DNA from: Vicugna vicugna
Lineage: Eukaryota
Assembly: GCA_013265495.1 (NCBI GenBank)
Contig: MU057711.1
Span: 1,178,001 to 1,242,000 of the forward strand
DNA: 64,000 nucleotides
Direction: 5' to 3'
Shown here: one piece after another, positions 13,628 through 22,100 of the stretch
How the letters are laid out: the number at the start of each line of letters is the position of its first letter
Position numbering within the stretch: position 1 is the first letter of the stretch
The notes under the pieces: model-generated
Database searches by the model: none
What the model was told of the DNA's origin: nothing
The model's input: the letters and a program-made list of their open reading frames with translations, nothing else
Made by a program: the position numbers and the translations under genes

Positions 13628-13825
13628 CTGCAAATGGCAAAATATCCTCCTTTTTAATGGGTGAGTTGTATTTCATTACATGTCTATATATATACACATA
13701 TGCTGCATCTCCATTATCTACTCAACTATTGATGTGCACTTAGGATGCTTCCATATCTTGGCAATTATAAATAATGTTGCTGTTAATAGCAGGGTATATG
13801 TATCTTTCTGAGTTAATTCTTATTT
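13628..13825 (-). mobile_element. LINE-1 ORF2 C-terminal fragment
   Basis: Minus strand reads MKYNSPIKKEDILPFAA, matching the L1 [17 protein letters not shown] motif. Confidence 0.85.
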
Positions 13826-13949
13826 TGTGGTTGGCTTTATTCCTTTGATAACTATGTAAGTTTAAAAAGCTAAATCTCTAAACATTCTTTAAAACAATGA
13901 ACAGAACATATATGTAAATTAAAAGATAAATGTGCAGTAAACAAAAAAG

Positions 13950-14275
13950 ATCAAGCCATGAAAGCCATAGAAGAAACTTAAAAGACATATTACTAAATGA
14001 AAGAAGCCAGTCTCAAAGGACTACAAACTTATGATTCCAACCAAATGACATTCTGGAAAAGGCACAGCTACAGAAACAATAAAAAGATCGTGGTTTCCAG
14101 GGGTTTGGTGGTGGGGGAGGGAGGAATGAATAGATGGAGCACAAGGGATTTTTAGGGGAATGAAATTATTCTGTATGATACTATAGTGGCTACATGTCAT
14201 TATGCACTTGTCAAAACCCACAGAATGTACAACATCAAGAGTAAACCCTAATGTAAACTATGAAAAAAAAAAAGA
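13950..14275 (+). mobile_element. Old L1 (L1MC-like) 3' UTR fragment
   Basis: TAAATGAAAGAAGCCAGTCTCAAAGG...TGACATTCTGGAAAAGGC...AACCCTAATGTAAACTATG followed by an A-run; typical L1M 3' end. Confidence 0.8.
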
Positions 14276-15290
14276 ACTAATTCCTGAGTCAAACTAACGC
14301 TAAAGGGTTTGGAAGAAAAGTGGAAACCATCAGCGGAGTCACAGAAGGAAAGGCCAGTCAGTTCATAAAAAAACAGAAGCCAACAACAAAAACAATTATA
14401 AAAATGGTACAATGCATTGAACTGGAATCTATATCATGGAAGCATTTCAAAGAGAAAGAGAGACTGACTGTGTCAAATGAAGCTGATAAAGAAAAGTGTA
14501 GATTGAGAAATCTTTTTTTCCCATGATAGAATTATTCTAAAATGGGATTGTGGGGGAGACACAACTCTGCACATTCACACACACAAACAAAAGAATTTTG
14601 AATTTAAATGAGTGAATTTATGGCATGTAAATTATACCTCAAGAAACCTCTTCCAAAATGAAGGAGTGTTTAGCAGAGATTTACTCAACAGAGCTGCTCC
14701 CAGGTATGCATCTCACAGGGTAAATGAAAACAGATATTTAGAAAACAGATGCATGTATATATATAATCAAAAATATTTATTCATAATAACCCACACTTGA
14801 ACTAACCCAAATGTCCATTATTAAGAGAATAGATTAATATTTTGTGATATAATCTTACAAGGTCAAATTATTCAGCCCTACAAACTGAATGGCATATTCA
14901 AATAAAAACATGTAGCTCTAAAAACATTACTTAGAGCAAAAGAGACAGATATCAAAGTATACATTGTGATTTTTTTTCATTTTCATCAAGTTCAGCCACC
15001 ATCAGACTGATGGATGCATGTTGTGAGAGTGTGTGTGTTTCTACTGAAATGTGACAGAGGGTATATGTTCTGTGTTAATGGATGTGATTCAAACATGTGG
15101 TTCATACACTGACTTTTCCGATACTGTTGAGGGTTAGGAATTTTAAAGATTTGTGAAATCATAAACTTTACATTGACACATTTCACTTTATTTTTTATGG
15201 TATACAAATACAAACAAAAAAAAGAGGTCAGAAAAAATTGCCATTAGACAATAATGGAGAAAATGATATTTTAGTTACAACCCTCTCCTC

Positions 15291-15360
15291 TGACAGCCAC
15301 GCCTCCTCCCCACCGACACTGACCAGATAACTGACCAATCCAGGACGTCAGTTGGGTTCC
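15291..15360 (+). promoter_or_regulatory. Candidate proximal promoter of the cTAGE-like retrogene
   Basis: GCCACGCCTC (Sp/KLF GC-box-like) at 15296-15305, CCAAT at 15335-15339 and GGACGTCA (CRE-like, 7/8 match) at 15343-15350. All lie within 60 bp, about 100-150 bp upstream of the ATG, at an abrupt AT-rich to GC-rich transition. Confidence 0.45.
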
Positions 15361-15445
15361 AGGTGGAATGTTGGGGTGTCCTCTGGGGCTTGTTGTGGCT
15401 GGTGGCTCCATGGTAACTGGGCAGAGCCCTGGGTGGGTCAGTGCC

Positions 15446-16213
15446 ATGGAGGGGCTCCTGTCTTCTGTGGAGCTTGGCTTTGGGCTGATCCTTAGGAAGC
15501 TGAGTGTGGTCCTGGTTTTGCTGCTGTTCAATGGCCTGTGTTCTCAGTTCATGTTCCGGAGCCTCCAGTGGGAGACAGCGTTGAGTCTACCTGTCCTCAC
15601 CTTATTGCTGGGTGTCTCATTTACTTTCAGACTTATTCAGTCTGTTAGAAGTCAACTTAACAGAAGACATGAAAAGCAACTGGCAAAAACACTCACAGCA
15701 CAGATTAAGAAGAAATGCCACCTCATCGACCAGCTTTGTGTGGCTAAAAAGGATCATGCCAAGATGGAGACAACTGTAAAGAGTGCAAGGCTAGAGAAGG
15801 AGCCAGTAAATATACCCAGCCTTGCTGACACTTATACAAAGTTGATGACGATCAACCTGAGCTCGAGGAAGGAAATCAGTTTTCTCATCCAAGAACTGAA
15901 GAAAGAGAGATCCTTACAGTCTATACAGGAAGAGATGGTGGAGACACTAAAAGTGCTCAAGTTCCTGGAAGAGATCATGAGACTCAGCACATCACAAGGG
16001 GCTTTTACACACCAGCCAGGGGACCGAGCACCAAGTCCTGATGGTCCCTTTCCCAGGAGTGGGCCCTCGTCAAGCTGCGCTGTTCCCTCCGCTCAGGCCT
16101 CCCAAGCTGCCAGGCTGCATTCACTCACTCAGTCAGATCCCCACCTGAGCTGCACTGAGGCCAGAGGAGGGAGGACAAGCCCCTCCTTTGGACCAGAGTT
16201 CCTCAAACTTTAA
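15446..16213 (+). CDS. Intronless cTAGE5/MIA2 (cTAGE family)-derived retrogene, 255 aa: hydrophobic/TM segment, coiled coil, short Pro/Ser-rich tail
   Basis: Open frame 15368-16213; the ATG at 15446 has GCCATGG context. The translation is collinear with the cTAGE5 N-terminus as I recall it: ME..GLIL..L..V, WE, RLIQSVRSQL....EKQLAKTL (cf. RSFRSVRSRL....EKKLALML), ARLEKE (cf. ASFEKE), SLADTYTKL (cf. SLEATCEKL), EISFLIQELKKERS (cf. EILCLEKELKEEKS), SQGA (cf. SQVA). No introns, whereas the parent gene is multi-exon. In-frame upstream ATGs lie at 15368 and 15410. Confidence 0.8.
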   Translation: MEGLLSSVELGFGLILRKLSVVLVLLLFNGLCSQFMFRSLQWETALSLPVLTLLLGVSFTFRLIQSVRSQLNRRHEKQLAKTLTAQIKKKCHLIDQLCVAKKDHAKMETTVKSARLEKEPVNIPSLADTYTKLMTINLSSRKEISFLIQELKKERSLQSIQEEMVETLKVLKFLEEIMRLSTSQGAFTHQPGDRAPSPDGPFPRSGPSSSCAVPSAQASQAARLHSLTQSDPHLSCTEARGGRTSPSFGPEFLKL

Positions 16214-16742
16214 CAGTGAGCACAGCAGTGCGCTCCTTCATGGTCAACATCCCTCATCCAAAACATACTGGAACTCCCAAAACACACCATGAAGCGTGTT
16301 TTTTTTTTTTTTATGTCCAGCAAATGTTTGGATTATCTCTTATTAGTTGTGAAAGAAATGTTGTAATTGAAACTGATCTTCTACTTAGTTTGAATTATAT
16401 TAAGCCTCATTTCTCAAGACAGTTTGGGTAACTATCATATATCAGCAATGCAAGTGAAGTGTATATATAGTTATTCTCTATATATTATATTTGTATTATA
16501 GTATAAATATTGCATTATAATTTTAAAATGTATGCAATTTGTCAATATAAACTTTTAGATGGCCATAGCATTTATTTCTAGAGTTTAATTCTGAAGTCAT
16601 AAGTTTAAGTCAAAGAGCCTTTTTCACCTGAGTATGTATAGTTCAAAAAAAATAGATGAACTTTTTAAAGACGAAGCTAAATTGTACTCTTAGAAGAAAC
16701 TTTTATCGTTTAATTTTTATATTCTGTTATAGCAATACCCAT

Positions 16743-16754
16743 AATAAAAATAAA
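16743..16754 (+). terminator. Tandem AATAAA polyadenylation signals of the retrogene
   Basis: AATAAA at 16743-16748 and 16749-16754, at the end of a ~530-nt AT-rich 3' UTR and about 14-20 nt before a short A-run at 16768. Confidence 0.55.
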
Positions 16755-19199
16755 TTTGATAAATTTTAAAAAATTACATTGAGGATAGATGTGGTGTGAA
16801 ACATACACACGTGCTCAGAAAAGCTGCTCTGGGCCAGTCTGATGGTACTTTGGTGATGCTGGGTAATACTTGGTAATTGTCAGCTGTTGGGTAAAGCTAT
16901 TGGGTGACCCTTGGTCCTTGCTTTCTATGCCATTTGCATTGAGCTCTGGGATGCTCTCCATTCTCCTCTGCATCTCCTTAACAACTCCTGATGGCCTAGT
17001 CTTGGGACTCCCTTTTCCTCAGGCTCCCTTGGGCCGCTAGGGCTGAGGATGCCTTTGCGGAGCTAGTATGAGCTCATCATGTCTTGGCTGGGGTCAGGGC
17101 AGTGCAGTTGGTTTTCGCTGAGGCCAGGCTTGTGGGTTACAGTGTCTGCCCCTACCTCGCAGAAAGTGAGGCTAGAACATAGCAGTAAATACACAGGACA
17201 TCACCCTTTTAAATCGCAGGACTGGATCTTTGGCTCCCCGACATTAGGTACTCAAAAACAGCTCTGGCAAACAGTCAAACATTCACACAGAAGACCAGAA
17301 AAGACAACATCTACAAAGAATTGGGAGACAACTCACAGCTTTCCTGGAAGAATCTCTTTGGAGGTGGTCTTGTCAGGCTCTGTGCCTCCGGGCAGACTGA
17401 CCCTAGCCCAACCTCAGAATGGTGGAAGCCTCAGGCCTCGGACCCCTGCCTCCTCCCTGGATCCCCCCACAGGTCATGGGAAGGCTAACCCACCATTCCA
17501 ACAGCAAAGCCCCATGGTTTGCTTTGGGGCTGGGAACCTTGGGGCTGGGGCCTTGGAAACCCCTCACCTGCTTCTCCCCTCCCTGGCAAATGTCTCTTTA
17601 TCAGTTCCCAACGATCAGCTTCTCAGAGATCTTCTGGCTTTTATTTTCTCCCCATGAACATTATCTATTTGTCCAATTCATTCTGAAAATAGCCTGGCCC
17701 AGCCATCCCATAATGCCCCTAGCCTGTGTCACTCAAAACAGGGGCCCTGCAGGAGCTCCGAGCTCTTCTTCCTGTCCTTTCTCTTCTTTAATAAGCAGAC
17801 CCCGGGCTTCAGTCAATGCGTTTCCTCCAGATTCATGAGTTGGCTGCTTCTGCAGCGGCCCTAGATCCTGCAGATAAATCTCCCCCGGAGATGTCAACAC
17901 AGATAGAGGGGAACAGCTCCACCGGATCCTCAGAGAGGGGACCATGGAGACACCAGATTTATTACCCACCCTGTCCCTTAGGGTGTCTCCTCCTTGACCT
18001 TCAGGAAGAAGAAGGGCCAGTGTACAGTTTTTGCTGCCAGGGACTGAGATGCCAAAGGCGCTGCCTCCAGAGATGCCCTCCCTGCTTGTCCTTGGTGACA
18101 AGTGGAGAGCCCGGTTGTGGAAGATGGTAGGTGAGGGGCCTTAGCCCCCCAAGGAAGGGATGGCCATGCTGCTGGCCTTGCTGGGGACTCGCCGCTGCTG
18201 GAGGGAAATGCACTGATTTCTAGCCCTGCTCTCCAGGGTCACTCTGGGTTAGTTTTAGCTGCTTCTCTGCCCCTGGACGGGCCACACATTTTTCCTCCTT
18301 AGCCGCATCCAAGGCTCTCTTCTCGCACAGCCCCAGCACCCGCCCAAGCAAAATTGAGACACGTGCTTATGACAGTGTGTTTCCATGAAGACAGATCGCT
18401 CTCTCTCCAAGGTCAAAGCTCCCGCTGGCCAGGCTCTTTGGCAAATGATTCGTCAAACAGGGCAGCGGGCAGCAGAGAGTCAGCTCTCAGGCCCCTGGCT
18501 GGTCGACACGTCAAAACCTTTCAGAGGATTATTGTGCCCTGTAGAACTTTTCTCCTTCCACTGTCTGTCTGGGCCTCCCCTGCTGGCCCCCCCGACATGG
18601 AGGGATGAGTTGGCGCAGTATCAGAAATTATGACAGGGACCCAGAAGGCAAAACAAATCCTTCTGCAGAAATTGGGAAATTTCTCAGTCATTTTCCAAGG
18701 CAAGAGCCGTGGCCTCTTGTGAGATTTAAAAAACAGGACAGCAAAGACATTGTGCTTGTCCGCTTACTCGTCAGGCTCCCACATCTGCAAGCGGGACTGC
18801 GTCTTGTTCGCCACCGGCCCTTAGCACAGGGCTGGCTTTTGTAAACTTGTGTATGTACTCATGTGTTTACTATTTATTAAATGTCTACTATTAGCCTGGC
18901 CCTGGGCACAGAGTTCCTGTCCTCATGGAGCTTACTGCCTTGTAGAAGCTCTCACTCCATAACGAGGGGAAGGACATATAAAGGTATTAATGGATTCAGA
19001 GATGTTACAAAGTTTACTCTGGGAGGCACCCTCGAAACCACACCCAGGGACCCGGCCTCTGAAACTTGAGCCCTCCTGTGACGCCCTCCCCTCCTGGAGG
19101 GGTCCTCCTTTCTGAGGAATGGAAGACAGCATAAGCGATAGCACATCACTGTGAAGATGATTTAAAACGTGACTTCCCTGCTTGTCACTGATCTCTCCC

Positions 19200-19390
19200 T
19201 CTCTGAAGCCCACCTCTAATAGAACTGTCCACAGTTGATCATAAGCCCTGAGGTGCCCCCACCCCCATTCTTAAAGAGCTGACTTTCAAGAATGCTCAGC
19301 TGAAACCCTTTGGAGAGTTCAGGGTTTTGAGGGGCATGAGCTACCCATTCTCCTTGCTCAGCCCAAAAATAAATCTTTCTCTGCTTAACA
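19200..19390 (+). mobile_element. ERV LTR fragment
   Basis: GCTGAAACCCTTTGGAGAGTTCAGGGTTTTGAG...AATAAATCTTTCTCTGCT, typical of an ERV1 LTR R region. Confidence 0.55.
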
Positions 19391-19394
19391 AGAG

Positions 19395-19685
19395 AAAAAA
19401 TTGCCACGTGTAGCCCTACCAGAGGCCCACGTGGCAGGGAACCCACGGCTGCAGTGGAACACCTGCAAATTCCCGAGTCCTGTCAACAGCCTTGTAAGTG
19501 AGCTGGACGTGGCTCTTTCTCGGGTTGACCCTTGAGGTGACTGCAGCCTCAGTCAACCCCTCAATTCTAGCCTGGGACAGATCCTGAAACAGAGACCCCA
19601 GCTAAGCACAGTGAGACCCCTGGCCCACAGAAGCTATGAGATATTGGACGTTTGTTGTGTTTAACTGCTAAGTTTTGTAGTGGAG
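19395..19685 (+). mobile_element. MLT1 LTR fragment
   Basis: GAGGCCCACGTGGCAGGGAAC...GACTGCAGCCTCAGTCAAC...CCCACAGAAGCTATGAGATA...TGCTAAGTTTTG. Confidence 0.75.
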
Positions 19686-19919
19686 TTTTCGATTAGAGGT
19701 TATAGAAGAAGCCCTGTGGAAGTGAGGTGGCTAGGAAAGGCCCACCTGAGGACATCGTCTTGAAGGATGTGTAGGACCAGATGTACAAAAGGCTGGAAGA
19801 ATAGCATTGCAGGCAAAGGGAACAGCATGTACAAAGGCACTTAGGCAGGAAAGGGCTTGGATTATTTTGAGTCATGGCTACAAAGTCAGGCCTGGACAGT
19901 AGGCTTGTCCCTTTATTTC

Positions 19920-20398
19920 TTTAAAAAAAGGTATTTTTTTATTGAAATATAGTTGATTCACAATATTGTGTTAGTTTCTGGTGCACAGCATAGTGATCCA
20001 GTTATACATATTCTTTTCCATATTCTTTTTTATTATAGGTTATTACCAGATATTAAATATAGTTCCCTGTGTTACATTGTAGGGCCTTGTTGTCTATCTA
20101 TCTTATATATAGTAGTGTGTATCTGTTAAAACCAAACTCCTAATTTAGCCCTTCCCTCCTTTTCTCTTTGGTAATCATAGTTTGTCTTCTATGTCTGTGA
20201 GTCTGTTTCTGTTTTGTAAATAAGTTCATTTGTATCATTTTAAAAATTCTGCATGTAAGTGATATCATATATTTGTCTTTCTCTGTCAGACTTACTTCAC
20301 TTAGTATGATGATAGACTTAGCTCCATCCATGTTGCTGCATATGGCATTATTTCATTCTTTTTTATGGCTGAGTAGTATTCCATTGTATATATGTGGT
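19920..20398 (-). mobile_element. Young L1 3' end
   Basis: Minus ORF IILSEVSLTEKDKYMISLTC is an L1 motif; TSD TTGTCCCT(T/C)TATTTC at 19905-19919 and 20399-20413. Confidence 0.9.
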
Positions 20399-21807
20399 TT
20401 GTCCCTCTATTTCCACTGTCTTTATTTTCCAACTCAGCCTTGAAAAGTGGGCATTAATATTCCCACCACATTGCTGGGGGAAACTGAGGCAGAGAGTGGT
20501 CTGTCACCAGTAGAAGTTCACACAACTAGAAACAGAGCAGGACTTGGAGTCCCAGCCTAAGCTTTCATCATCTAGAACCTCTGTATTTGCTCATAACTCT
20601 TAGTACCATGTGACTTCTTCCAACCATTTATCAGACACCCCCCCACACACACTCCTGATACTACGTTCTAGGAACACATGGTTCCTGTCCTGATGTAGCT
20701 CATAACTTGGAGGGAGAGATAGAGAGAGGAAATGTTTTCCAGGGCTTTAATCTTTGTTCCTCATATAAACCCTGCAAGGCAGCTGAGCACGAACAGGCAT
20801 CATCCTTGTCCCCATTTACAGACAGAGAATGGGAAGCCCAGAGAGGATACTGGCCAGCAGGGGGCACCTTGTTAATGAAGGGGAAATGTGGTCTCGATCC
20901 CAGGTTCTCACACTCTTCCCTCTACGCTCAGGGTCCTAATTCATGCAGGAGCCCCTGAGAAAGGTGCTGAGTGCCAACAGACTCTTTATAATCAGCTCAG
21001 CTATCAAACTAGATTTGTATGCATCACAGTTGCTTGGTTGTGTACATGACAATTCTCACAAAGCAGCTGAATGTGGAAAACTGATGTATGGTACACGAAA
21101 ATCTTTGTACAGTTTTACTATAGGCTTTGCTTATAATAAGTAGACTTTCTGGTTCATTAATCATAAGAAATCGAGGAACAATCCAAACTTGCAGGGCAGT
21201 ATGTATCTCCCCAATGGGCAATTGACTTCTTGTCTTCTTAACTTCCACCATGCTTTGGTCTTAATTTAAATGTGACTTCCACAGAAAGGCCTGGCTTGAG
21301 TCCCAACCCCAGTTAGTGTTGTGCCCCTCCCAGCATCCCCGGCAGCTCCTTCTTGGCTCTTACCATGATGTGTAATAGACGACATTACTCGGGGGTCATT
21401 TATCCAACGTGTGTCTCCCACACTCAACTGTGAGCCTCAGGCAGGCAGAGCAGTGTGTTCAGAGTTCACTATTGAATCTCAGCCTAGCACTGCGTGTGGG
21501 GTGTGGTAGGAACCCGGTCAATTTTGTTAAAGTAAAATGGTGCCATTGACTCATCACCAACACACTATGGGGCACGTTGCTGAGTTGTGGGTGTGGGAGG
21601 GTGGTGTGGGATACCTTTGGGGTGGGGGTGAGGGTGTAACTGAACAACCAGAACCTAACAACAACAAAAATCATAATAGTGGTTCATATTGATTGAGCAC
21701 TTTATGGATGCATGTAAGTGTTTCAAGGGTACCACAAGTTAGGTGATTTCAAGGAATAACTTAGAGATAGGTATTCTTCACACAAATATTCTCCCATGCA
21801 AGTAATG

Positions 21808-21921
21808 AGGTGACCAACTTGTCCACGTTAGTCTGGGACTGTCTCACTGCTAAAACTGAAAGGCCTTAGCATACTAGGGACCCCCTCAGGCTCAGGCAAA
21901 ATGAGATGGCTGGTCCTCCCA
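21808..21921. mobile_element. MER94-like hAT-Blackjack MITE
   Basis: GGTGACCAACTTGTCC...GTCTGGGACTGTC...AAAACTGAAAG...GATGGCTGGTCCTCCC, with imperfect terminal inverted repeats. Confidence 0.65.
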
Positions 21922-22056
21922 GCAAGGGGAAAACAGTCAGTGGACTTTTGCCAAAAAAAAAAAAAAGAGATTTATACAAAAGAGGAGGGAGAGGAGGAAG
22001 AGAAAGAAATCAGCAGTGAGTCTGGGAACACTGAATCTTGCTTGCATTTGTCAGGG

Positions 22057-22060
<4 letters not shown>

Positions 22061-22098
<38 letters not shown>
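22061..22098. repeat. (GT)19 microsatellite
   Basis: Perfect dinucleotide run read directly. Confidence 0.98.

Positions 22099-22100
<2 letters not shown>

Noticed and set aside
17079..17657. 192-aa plus-strand ORF downstream of the retrogene
   Set aside because: No recognisable similarity to cTAGE5 or any family; overlapping open frames suggest chance ORFs in GC-richer DNA.
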